Source: Octopus sinensis (taxonomy: Eukaryota). Taken from it: DNA of 46,711 nucleotides. The notes under the pieces were generated by a model. The model had not been told where the DNA came from and ran no database searches. It saw nothing but the letters and a program-made list of their open reading frames with translations. The DNA is taken from assembly GCF_006345805.1 (NCBI RefSeq), contig NW_021834677.1, forward strand, positions 1 through 46,711, in the 5' to 3' direction. This document shows, piece after piece, positions 35,213 to 46,711 of the stretch (its first letter is position 1; each line of letters opens with the position of its first letter). The position numbers and the translations under genes were made by a program.

Positions 35213-35876
35213 ATATATATATATGTGTGTGTGTCTCTGTATTTCGGTGTATATATTAATGTATATATACTTTCATGTACATCTGTGTGAGTGTGTGTGT
35301 TTATGTATATATAATATAATCTGTCATATATTTACTGCTAGATACTTTTTATTGATAATAAAAAATAAAAAAAATAATAAATATGCTTTAAATTTAGTTT
35401 AAATGTAATACACTGCAGACACTAACCTAATGGTATATGTACATAAAAAAGGCCATGAGCGAGCAGAAACATTAGCACGCCGGGCGAAATGCTTAGCAGT
35501 ATTTCACCTGCCGCTATGTTCTGAGTTCAAATTCCGCCAAGGTCGACTTTGCCTTTCATCTTTTCGGAGACGATTAAAGAAGTACCAGTCATGCACTGGG
35601 GTCGATATAATCGTCTTAATCCGTTTGTCTGTCCTTGTTTGTCCCTTCTGTGTTTAGCCCCTTGTGAGTAGTAAAAAAACAGGTATATGTACATTAAAGT
35701 CTTTTGTGTGTGTAAAACATGGAAAAACTAGCGCGTGAATATATATATATGCATATATTATATATATATATATATAAAAAATAACAAAGGGTGAAATTAA
35801 TTAATTAAGAAGTAATCAGTAATTTCACCAAGTAGAATTCGGCATGTAAAAGACCAATTCAAGGTAAGTTTAAGTA

Positions 35877-36074
35877 ATACTAAGTAATTAGGGTTCAGCA
35901 ACGATTTACCTCACCACACACCGAATTTAGAAATAGCAGTCAAGAAGTCTTGGCTATTCTTTCTACTTTAAAGGGAGATCCCAGTAAAACCAAAGCAAAG
36001 AATAGCCAAGACTGCTATTTCTAAATTCGGTGTGTGGTGAGGCAAATCGTTGCTGAACCCTAATTACTTAGTAT
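35877..36074. repeat. Nested inverted repeat (65-bp outer arms, 12-bp inner arms), probably a retroelement end
   Basis: 35877-35941 is the reverse complement of 36010-36074; ttggctattctt / aagaatagccaa inside. Confidence 0.8.
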
Positions 36075-36927
36075 ATATATATATATTATATATATATATA
36101 TAGTTTTGTTTGTTAGGGAATAAAAATTCCGGCATAACAGGGGTTTAAATTATTCTCAATGAAGACATATATATATATATATACACACACACACAAACAC
36201 ACGCTAATCTTCCTATAGCTACCCAACAAGATTGACAAAGTAGTTGTCTCAAATCAGTAACTAATGGAGTGTCTTTCAATCAATTTCACTAAAGTCTCAG
36301 ATGACACCAACTGACAGGTATCTTCATTTTACAGTAATTACTTAACATACACGTGTGTGCACACACATTCATACATATGTATATATGCACACAAATATCC
36401 ATAACACATACATACACACCTGTCTCTATATATACTCACAAACAGTTTCTCTTTTAAGAACCAACATCGAGAGAGTTCTTACACTTTAAACTAATTACAT
36501 AATATATATACATATATATCCTTTCTCTTTCTCGCTCGCTCTCTCTCTCTCTCTATCTCTCTCGTCCCCTCTCGTGGAGGGACAGTACCATTATTAGACG
36601 AAATCCAAGAACACTAACTGTTGATTTTACTTTTTTTTCTGTCTTAAACTTTTTTTCTACAATTTTTTAATTTCATTTGTTATTTTGTAAATAAATTTGA
36701 AGACTTTATTCTTGTGTAATTGTGTTGAATCAATCTTCATCTTGGACTGACATCGTTGGATGTCAGTCCAACATACACACTATATTCTGCACAACTCAAC
36801 ACAACACAACATGACCTTGTTATCGTTATGTGAAAAAAAAACAAAAAAAAACATACTATATTATCACATTTGAGGTGTACCACTACCATCTCCATTTCCA
36901 GGTGAGCAGTATTGTAAGAGCTTTTAA

Positions 36928-37990
36928 GGTGGTGAGCTGGCAGAAACGTTAGCACGCCGGGCGAAATGCATAGCGGTATTTCGTCTGCCGTTACATCCTG
37001 AGTTCAAATTCCACTGAAGTTGACTTTGCCTTTCATCCTTTTGAGGTCGGTAAATTAAGTACCAGTTATGCACTGGGGTCGATGTAATCGACTTAATACC
37101 TTTGTCTGTCTTTGTTTGTCCCCTCTATGTTTAGCCTCTTGTGGGCAATAAAGAAATAAGAAATGTTAGCATGCGGGCCGAAATTCTTAGTGGTATTTCG
37201 TCTGTCTTTACGTTCTGAGTTCAAATTCCGCCGAGGTTGACTTTGCCTTTCATCCTTTCGTAGTCGATAAATTAAGTACCAGTTTCGCACTGCGGTCGAT
37301 GTAATCAACTTAATACCTTTGTCTGTCTTTGTTTGTCCCCTCTATGTTTAGCCTCTTGTGGGCAATAAAGAAATAAGAAATGTTAGCATGCGGGCCGAAA
37401 TTCTTAGTGGTATTTCGTCTGTCTTTACGTTCTGAGTTCAAATTCCGCCGAGGTCGACTTTGCCTTTCATCCTTTCGAGGTCGATAAATTAAGTACCAGT
37501 TATGCACTGGGGTCGATGTAATCAACTTAATACCTTTGTCTGTCTTTGTTTGTCCCCTCTATGTTTAGCCTCTTGTGGGCAATAAAGAAATAAGAAATGT
37601 TAGCATGCGGGCCGAAATTCTTAGTGGTATTTCGTCTGTCTTTACGTTCTGAGTTCAAATTCCGCCGAGGTCAACTTTGCCTTTCATCCTTTCGAGGTCG
37701 ATAAATTAAGTACCAGTTTCGCACTGCGGTCGATGTAATCAACTTAATACCTTTGTCTGTCTTTGTTTGTCCCCTCTATGTTTAGCCTCTTGTGGGCAAT
37801 AAAGAAATAAGAAATGTTAGCACGCCGGGTGAAATTCTTAGTGGTATTTCGTCTGTCTTTACGTTCTGAGTTCAAATTCCACCGAGGTCGACTTTGCCTT
37901 TCATCCTTTCGGGCTCGATAAATTAGGTACCAGTTGTGTACTGGGGTCGATCTAATCGACTAGCTCCCTCCCCACAAAATTTCGGGCCTT
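36928..37990 (+). repeat. Tandem array of nearly whole SINE copies, 217-bp period, about 4.8 units
   Basis: gttagca restarts at 36948, 37165, 37382, 37599, 37816. Confidence 0.95.
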
Positions 37991-39839
37991 GTGCCTAAAT
38001 TAGAAAAGAATATTTCGCTTAGTTAAGCTTAACACTCTGCCTATCCGAAACATTTTCATAACTTTGTTCCGAACGTCCAGTTTCAGACTTTTAGATATCC
38101 CTTGTTTCATACGTTCTGAGTAATATAAAAATTTCCTTCCTTGCGACCCAAGTTACTCAACTGGTTGGGAAAAAAATTGGGACTAGGCATAGGAGCGGCT
38201 GTGTGGTAAGTAGCTTGCTTACCAACCACATGGTTCCGGGTTCAGTCCCACTGCGTGGCACCTTGGGCAAATGTCTTCTACTATAGCCTCGGGCCGACCA
38301 AAGCCTTGTGAGGGGATTTGGTAGACGGAAACTGAAAGAAGCCCGTCGTATATATATATATGTATGTGTCTGTGTTTGTCCCCCCCAACCGCTTGACAAT
38401 CGATGCTGGTATGTGTACGTCCCCGTCACTTAGCGGTTCGGCAAAAGAACCGATAGAATAAGTACTAGGCTTACAAAGAATAAGTCCTGGGGTCGATTCG
38501 TTCGACTAAAGGCGGTGCTCCAGCATGGCTACAGTCAAAAGACTGAAACAAGTAAAAGAGTATATATATGATGTATGGACGTCAGGAAAATATGTCCAGT
38601 GTATCACATGCGATACAGAGGTCAAGCAAAGGGTTAATCGTTCTCTATAGCATACAGTCCCCTCTCTCTCTATAACTTCCTGGACGGTGATTACAGCCGA
38701 TTATGGATAATTTTAAAACCAAGTTGATATTATCGCTCAGCCACGAGAACGAATATTTCCAAGGTGAAGCTGTAGATGTTGAGTAAATGGAGTTATCTCC
38801 CTTGTTGCATTCAAATCTCTGCCATGAATTTTTTTTGGGGATTTCCCGGCCACAACGAAGGCAACATCCAGCAGTGCAAAGTAGATGCCAAATGTTAATA
38901 TATAATTTTCTAAGTTTCTGTCGATTTCTCAAGTGTACTTATTGGTGAACAATCTGTGTGTGTGTACAGTAACATTGTTACGGCAACGTTTTATAAACAT
39001 TATATGTATATAAAGGCGCAGGAGTGGCTGTGTGGTAAGTAGCTTGCTACCAACCACATGGTTCCGGGTTCAGTCCCACTGCGTGGCATCTTGGGCAAGT
39101 GTCTTCTGCTATAGCCTCGGGCCGACCAAAGCCTTGTGAGTGGATTTGGTAGACGGAAACTGAAAGAAGCCTGTCGTATATATGTATGTGTTTGTGTGTC
39201 TGTGTTTGTCCCCCTAGCATTGCTTGACAACCGATGCTGGTGTGTTTACGTCCCCGTCACTTAGCGGTTCGGCAAAAGAGCCCGATAGAATAAGTAGTGG
39301 GCTTACAAAGAATAAGTCCCGGGGTCGATTTGCTCGACTAAAAGGCGGTGCTCCAGCATGGCCACAGTCAAATGACTGAAACAAGTAAAAAGAAAATTTT
39401 TTAAATATATATATATAACAAAACAGATACAAATGACAAAAAACAAAAGTCCAAGGCGTATTCCCAGTGAATATAATTAGGTTGACACTCAAAGAAGGAA
39501 AAACATGAGATAGTAAAAGTATAATATTTCAGACATAGCTCTTCATCAGATACTGAAGGAAGGTCTGGGAGAGACTGGGAAGAAATGGGTAAGAGGAAAA
39601 GAGATAGATAAAAAGAGAAGAGAGAATCAAGAACAAATGTGTGTGGATTAGGCCAAATACTCAATGGGCGTGTGAGAGGAAATTATTGTTTGAATGGTAA
39701 GAGAGTGAAGTGATACAGGAGTGTCTATTGGCATGTGTATAAGTGTGTGTGTGCGCATGTACACATGTGCACACTCAGACATATACATACAGTAAGAAGA
39801 CATGGATGTAAGCCACTCAGCATACCAAAGACTTGAGGG

Positions 39840-40145
39840 CTACAGAAATATTGACATCAAGTACAGCCTCTCTTGGATTCGTGACATCTGCACCATATTA
39901 CACTTTGAAGGCTATGCATTTGCAATCCAAGAACTGATGGTTATGAAATATCTAGTAACCAAATGAGACAGTTAAACCCTTGGAGCTCGAAGATGCAACG
40001 GAAAATTATGTCATATTTCCATGGAAGACATCACACATGATTAGCAGCTGTCCAAAAATGTCATTAAGGTGCCACTTCCCCATGCAACACAAATATGTCA
40101 CAAAAACTATATACAATGCCATTTGGGAAAAAGATTGTCCAGGAA
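39840..40145 (+). pseudogene. Degraded RLE-type non-LTR (R4/Dong/Hero-like) fragment
   Basis: FEGYAFAIQE followed by remnants of the C..C...EDITH.ISSC zinc knuckle; frameshifted. Confidence 0.55.
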
Positions 40146-40329
40146 TAAATATATAGAATCATTTTGTTGAACGCCTTGCTTCCCTGGGCATAGATACATT
40201 CAAGCTCTGATGTCTGGCAACTGACTTAGTAAACACCTCCAAGATTATTAACCATCGTGCCAACAACCACCTTGGACACCTTTTTGAGCTCCATGTGTCT
40301 AACATACGCGGGTATGCCTACAAAGTCAG

Positions 40330-40640
40330 AAAAAAGCACAGCTCCCTTGACTTTTGGAAACATTTCTTTCACACTCAGAGTTGCTGAAACAGGAAACAAA
40401 CTATCTGCATCAGGTTGCCAAGACATTGCATCCTTTAAAACATCCATGCTTCCTAAAATTCGCCAACACTACACCCGATATCTCCCTCTCCATATGCATG
40501 CAAACATGTATATCATGACTCCTACACTGTTCACTTTCCTGGCTTTGGTACATAACTCTATGTACAGTACATGCACCTTTGATGTGTTGTAGTGCATGTG
40601 AGCACTATACACAATAATTTCATTATTATCATTATTATTA
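40330..40640 (+). mobile_element. CR1-group LINE 3' end
   Basis: Same family as 43029-43470 (FTLRVAE..NKL.AS...SFKTSM...RQHYT). Confidence 0.8.
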
Positions 40641-40763
40641 AATGTATACATAAATATCAACATTCCTGCCAAAACATCTCTCAAGTGTAAACATAACAGG
40701 CTGGATATCATTGTTTGGGATATATGTATATTCACATGGAAAACAGATGTTAAATGATGATGA

Positions 40764-40809
<46 letters not shown>

Positions 40810-41919
40810 GTATATATATATTCATATATGTGTGTGTATGCCTGTAAAAAGCACCCAGTACACTTTGTGGAGTGGTTGGTGTTAGGAAGCGCATCCAGCC
40901 ATAGAAACCATTCCAGAACAATGGAATTTGGTGCAGACCCTCGCTTTACCAGCTCCAGTCAAACCATCCAACCCATGCTAGCATAGAAAACAAACGCTAA
41001 ATGATAATGATGATGATACACACACAGACACACATATATGTATTTGCATATGTGTGTGTATTCCCGTAAAAAGCACCCAGTACACTATTTGGAGTGGTTG
41101 GCATTAGGAAGGGCCACCACTCCACATGACAACTCCAGAACAGACAATGGTGCCTGGTGCAGACCCTGACTTTACCAACTCTGGTCAAACCAAACAGATA
41201 TTAAATGATGATGATGATTGGCTCATGTACCAGTGGCATATAAAAAGCACCCACTACACTCTCGGAGTGGCTGATGTTAGAAAGGGCATCCAGCTGTAGA
41301 AACTTTGCCAGATCAAGATTGGAGCCTGGTGCAGCTGCTGGCTCTCCAGAACTCAGTCAAACCATACAACCCATGCCAGCATGGAAAGTGAATGTTAATT
41401 GATGATGATAATGATGATGATGATGATGATGTGTGTGTGTGAGTGCTTGCATATGTGTGTGTGTGTATGTGTGTGTTGACTGCTAAATCCACAAGTTTTT
41501 TTAATTCTCTCTCTGTTTATTTCCTTGTGTTCCTTTCTGTTGTAAAAAAAGACTTTCTGACCTTCCTGAACATCAAACTAATACACCTGCTTGTTGTTTA
41601 TACACCTGTCTTCTAAGCCCTTTAAAGAACTCAGAAGGTTGGACCTCCAGCCAGGCCTTTCATGATACCCCTTAAAGCCAGGGACTTTTCAGCACTCTCT
41701 CATATATGGTATTGCCCAAGATGTCCACTAAATTCACCAGCCATTATAATGAGGTCACTACCGTTTGTTTTTGGAGGTAGTCCTCATGAACGCCTCAGAG
41801 AAGCAGTTTTTCTGTTTCTCTGGTATCTGCCAGCCCAGATTGTGGTGCATGTGCACAGATGGATGTGGCCGACGTATTGTGCAAGATAAGCTTAATTATC
41901 ATTTCATACACTATGACTA

Positions 41920-42089
41920 CCTCACTTACTTTCTGTGTGTGTGTAAGTGTGTGTACATACATATACAGGTGTGTATGTATATACATGCGTGTGTGTGTGT
42001 AAATGTTTGTACATACATATACAGATGTATATATATATATATATACATACGTGTGTGTGTGTAAGTGTCTGTACATACATATACAGATG

Positions 42090-42122
<33 letters not shown>

Positions 42123-42271
42123 TACGTGGTGTGTGTGTGTGTAGTGTCTGTACATATATATACAGATGTATATATATACATACGTGTGTGTGGTGTGTAA
42201 GTGTCTGTACATACATATACTAATGTATATATACATACGTGTGTGTGTAAGTGTGTGTACATACATATACA

Positions 42272-42306
<35 letters not shown>

Positions 42307-42361
42307 GTGTGTGTGTGTAAGTGTCTGTACATACATATACAGATGTATATATAATATATAT

Positions 42362-42397
<36 letters not shown>

Positions 42398-42590
42398 CGT
42401 GTGTGTGTGTGTGTGTGTGTGTAATGTCTGTACATATATATACAGATGTATATATATACATACGTGTGTGTGTGTGTAAGTGTCTGTACATACATATACT
42501 AATGTATATATATACATACGTGTGTGTGTAAGTGTGTGTACATACATATACAGATGTATATATATACATACGTGTGTGTGTGTAGTACAA
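41920..42590. repeat. Compound (GT)n/(AT)n/catacatatacagat microsatellite array
   Basis: Repeating block gtgt-aagtgtctgtacatacatatacagatgtatata; source of the long spurious Y/I/H/T ORFs. Confidence 0.95.
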
Positions 42591-42829
42591 GTATTATAAA
42601 ATCAGATGTAATGTGCAAGAGAGAAGACGGTGCTGATGGTGCAGGCATGTGCTGTATCCAGAAGTTAACAGATAACTCTGTAGTGTGTAAACAAACCAGT
42701 AAATATCTGTACTTTAAAATAAACAATTTCCCCTCTCTTCATTTTATTATCATTTTCTTTATCAGTACATGTCAGATAAATGCATATTTGCTGACATTAC
42801 TGAAGGCATGGATATACTAGTTAATCATT

Positions 42830-43470
42830 ATTATTATTATGTTAACTATTGTTGAGTAAATCATTGTTTAATAAAAATATTAATAATGAAATTATTGTAT
42901 ACAGTGCTCAGGTGCACCACAGCTTGTCAGAAAATGCATATAAAGTACATGCAGTAATGTACAAATGTCTGGAAAGTGAACAGTGTATGAGTCAGATAGA
43001 TGCTTGCGTGTGTATGGAGGGGAGAAAATCAGGTGTAGTGTTGGCGAATCTCAGAAGGCATGGAAGTTTTGAAGGATGCAGTGCTCCGACAACTAACAAC
43101 TGATGCCGGCAGTTTGTTCCATGCTTCAGCAACTCTTAGCGTGAAAAAATGTTTCCTAAAGTCATGGGAGCTGTGCTGTTTTCTGACTTTGTAAATATGT
43201 CCACGGGTGTTAGACAGGTGGAGTTTGAAAAGGTGCTCAGAGTTTATCAATCAGGTGTAGTGTTGGCGAATCTCAGGAAGCATGGAAGTTTTGAAGGATG
43301 CAGTGCTCCGACAACTAACAACTGATGCCGGCAGTTTGTTCCTTGCTTCAGCAACTCTTAGCGTGAAAAAATGTTTCCGAAAGTCATGGGAGCTGTGCTG
43401 TTTTCTGACTTTGTAAACATGTCCACGGGTGTTAGACGGGTGGAGTTTGGAAAGGTGCTCAGAGTTTATC
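42830..43470 (-). mobile_element. CR1-group LINE 3' end containing a 222-bp tandem duplication
   Basis: NTRGH.YKVRKQHSSHDFRKHFFTLRVAE..NKLPASVV encoded twice (43029-43250, 43251-43470). Confidence 0.88.
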
Positions 43471-43977
43471 AACAGCTGGCACAGCCCAGTAGTTATGGTG
43501 TTGCACTGAGGATTATGAATCGTAGGTTCAATTCCTGAACCAGGCAGTGCATTGTGTTCTTGAGTAAAACACATCATCTCACCTGTACAGGTAATGTTGA
43601 TTTGATGGAGGAAATGAGCTTAAGTTTTTGATCATTATAAACAAATCGTTTGTGCAGGTTGTTCGGTAAGAAATTGCAGAGTCCTCTTTCTTTCTTGGAT
43701 CGAGATATTATGATTAAATTAACCCTTTAGCATGCAGATTACTCAGTCAGAAATAATGCTTGCTTACTTTATTTGCATTTACTCTTTTACTTGTTTCAGT
43801 CATTTGACTGCGGCCATGCTGGAGCACCGCCTTTAATCGAGTAACTCAACCCCGGGACTCATTCTTTGTAAGGTCTCTTTTGCTGAACCGCTAAGTAACG
43901 GGCACATAAACACACCAGCATCGGTTGTCAAGCAATGCTAGGGGGACAAATACAGACACACAAACACACACACACAC

Positions 43978-44010
<33 letters not shown>

Positions 44011-44159
44011 AATATATACATATATACGACGGGCTTCTTTTCAGTTTCTGTCTACCAAATCCACTCACAAGGCTTTGGTCGGCCTGAGGCTATAGTAGAA
44101 GACACTTGCCCAAGGTGCCACGCAGTGGGACTGAACCCGGAACCATGTGGTTGGTAATT

Positions 44160-44300
44160 TTGACGAATATTTGTCCTCATCTCGTTTGTTGTTAACACAA
44201 CATTTTGTCTGATATACCCTCCATCCTTCATCAGGTGTCTTGGGGAAATTTCGAACCTGGGTTCTCATTCCTAAGGTATTTTTCAATGTTATTATTATTA
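44160..44300 (-). mobile_element. Penelope-like terminal-repeat remnant (hammerhead core CTGATGA)
   Basis: Reverse complement of the copy at 44897-45020; (TTA)n adjacent. Confidence 0.6.
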
Positions 44301-44856
44301 TTATTATTATTGAGTGAGAGAGCAATGCATGCCATCAAAGTGGCACTGGGGTAAAATATATGAAGCCCAGTATACCCATCATGACTACCCATCTGATAAG
44401 GGTACACTAGGCACATGCATCACAACCATATGTGTGCGACGTGGTGATCTCATATCAAGATAAACAGCACATGATCTTGCAGGTGGAGCCCAGTTAGAAT
44501 TTTCTTCAGGTCGAGTAACCCATCCCACTCAAAAGGTCCCTGAATAAGGGTTGTTTAAGGATGTTGAACAAAACACCCATGTTTCCAGGGATGAATTATT
44601 CAGACCCCAAAGAATCCCTCTCAACACATGGCTATGATGCTCCCCAACTATTTCTGCTCGTGATCAGAGATGCACATATCGTCAGCCACTAAGGGACATG
44701 CTCAACTGGTTAAGGTCAAACAACTGACAAACAAATCTGTGGTATTGAGCAGAATATTTGCTGTAGCCCATCTTTTATACCAAGACGAAAGAATGTACAT
44801 GATAACACTTCCAATCAGTTAAGATCAGGAGCCACGAGAGCCACTGCTTGGTACTG

Positions 44857-44896
<40 letters not shown>

Positions 44897-44898
<2 letters not shown>

Positions 44899-45020
44899 TC
44901 ACTGATGAAGGTTGGTGGGTATATCAGCTGAAACGTTGTGTTGACAACAAACAAGATGAAGACAAATATCCATCAAATGTAAATAGTGTACACAATTCCT
45001 CATCTCCTAAATATAGAACT
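44897..45020 (+). mobile_element. Penelope-like terminal-repeat remnant (hammerhead core CTGATGA...GAAAC)
   Basis: ctgatgaaggttggtgggtatatcagctgaaacgttgtgtt. Confidence 0.6.
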
Positions 45021-46250
45021 GTAATGCTTACTTAGTCACATTGTGTTCAATTAATCATGCATTATCTCAGAGCTGCGAGATTTCAGTGATGTGATATATT
45101 ATTTTTAGAGTGAACAACTAACTGGCTGTGTGGTAAGTAGCTTGCTAACCAACCACATGGTTCCGGGTTCAGTCCCACTGTGTGGCATCTTGGGCAAGTG
45201 TCTTCTGCTATAGCCCCGGGCCAACCAATGCCTTGTGAGTGGATTTGGTAGACGGAAACTGAAAGAAGCCTATTGTATATATGTATATCTATATAAGTGT
45301 GTGTGTATATGTTTGTGTGTCTGTGTTTGTCCCCCCCAACATCGCTTGACAACCGATGCTGGTGTGTTTACGTCCCCATCACTTAGCGGTTCGGCAAAAG
45401 AGACCAATAGAATAAGTACTGGGCTTACAAAGAATAAGTCCCAGGGTCGATTTGCTCGACTAAAGGCGGTGCTCCAGCATGGTCGCAGTCAAATGACTGA
45501 AACAAGTAAAAGATTAAAAGAGTAAAGAGTAAATAATTCATTCATTCCTGATAGAATCAGCAGTGTTTTAGAAATAATAATTTCTAAACCAAAACAATGC
45601 TTTTTTTTTTTTATGTTGTATGTAACATTTTGAATTTGAGGAACAGTTGTACAAGGCACTGCATAACCCCTAATGATGTTGAAATGGCCCTTTAAGCAGG
45701 ATACAACAATCACTATGGGATAATAATATTCAGTAGGAAAATACAGTAGAAAGGGTTCTAGTGGCATGGCAGTTCTGAAAGGGTAGGGATGTCAAGTTGT
45801 GAGTTAGCATTGCAGGAACACAGTTTGGATTTGGGGTGGATGGAACAGAATGGTTGGGGGTGGGGAATAACAGCATTTGAAATAGGAATGTCATGGGGTC
45901 AGGCAAGTAGAAGATAATAGCCTAGAAGGGAAAATAGGGTTGGAAAAGCTATTCATTGGTGGTGGCTATGGGTGTAAGGTAAATTATCCCTCCTATATCA
46001 ATTTAATCTGGAAGTAATCAGTTTACCTTTGGTAATTATACATACATACATATATACATATATGTGTTTGTGTGTGATCGTTACCTGCTTTGCCTTACTA
46101 GCACTTGTGCTGGTGGCACGTGAAAAAACATTCAAGCGAGGTCGTTGCCAGTACTACTGAACTGGCTTCTGTGCAGGTGGCACATAAAAAGCACCATTTG
46201 AACGTGGCCATTGCCAGTACCACCTGACTGGCCCTCGTGCTGGTGGCACT

Positions 46251-46434
46251 TTTTACGACCTCATCCTTTATGGCATTTGGAAGAATTGGTCTCATTGTAC
46301 CTTTTGATGGTTGTTTGGACACCTTTCCTTGAGCATTTCAATTTTCATGGAATTTCAATTTGAGAGAATCCTTCACTGGATAAAGCAAGGATTTGAACCT
46401 TTTGAGCTTCAGGGATCTATTTCTTTGGAGACAT
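46251..46434 (-). pseudogene. Tc1/mariner transposase N-terminal (HTH) remnant
   Basis: MSPKK*IPEAQKVQILALSSEGFSQIEIP*KLKCSRKGVQTTIKRYNET...*GRK; three in-frame stops; cut by a SINE. Confidence 0.65.
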
Positions 46435-46711
46435 TTTCAACAAATATTAACCACTGATAAGTTATCAATAAGATATTCATTGATAAAATAGGTAAAAACG
46501 TCAGTGTCACCCAAGGGGTATTATTATCGAACCAAGAGTTTAACTATGGTCCTCCCATAGCACTTACATAGCACTTACCTGCCACCTTGGGTCTCCTGGA
46601 TACCAACACCTCTCATATATATATATGGCAACTTAGGCAAGTGTCTCTCTACTATAGCCCCGGGCCAACCAAAGCCTTGTGAGTGGATTTGGTAGACGGA
46701 AACTGAAAGAA

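Noticed and set aside
38645-38932. 95-aa minus-strand ORF in unique-looking sequence
   Set aside because: No motif, no convincing splice sites; probably decayed repeat.
41795-42590. Longest ORFs in the track (222-250 aa, Y/I/H/T-rich)
   Set aside because: Translations of a compound dinucleotide microsatellite that lacks stops.

Overview
AT-rich, intron-containing animal DNA full of microsatellites and SINE/LINE remnants. The SINE families look like those I recall from octopus genomes (inference, no database check). Three spliced protein-coding genes were assembled by hand with consistent GT-AG phases. (1) A compact 333-aa TTC3/DZIP3-related RING-H2 E3 ligase on the minus strand: join 14035-13968, 11815-11550, 10087-9738, 8741-8523, 6543-6445. 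(2) GTF2H5/TFB5, with a single-exon CDS at 24486-24698 (+). (3) ZNF511, 260 aa (+): join 25198-25340, 26393-26452, 27936-28077, 31425-31546, 32223-32360, 33663-33840. An intact tRNA-Thr(UGU) lies at 19484-19556 (-), between the divergent genes. The rest is repeats: three tandem arrays (110, 218 and 217 bp units, two built from SINE sequence), MITEs (hAT, piggyBac-type, Merlin/MULE-like), Penelope-like palindromes with hammerhead-ribozyme folds, and CR1, RTE, R4/Dong, Tc1 and Helitron fragments. Best leads: a hammerhead fold with a reciprocal G3:C8 core swap, a possible shared or bicistronic GTF2H5-ZNF511 transcript, an antisense CCAAT/TATA-driven Arg-rich repeat ORF in ZNF511 intron 5, and SINE-derived higher-order satellites. 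Almost all short ORFs in the supplied track are repeat artefacts. Protein and repeat identities rest on motifs remembered, not on searches.
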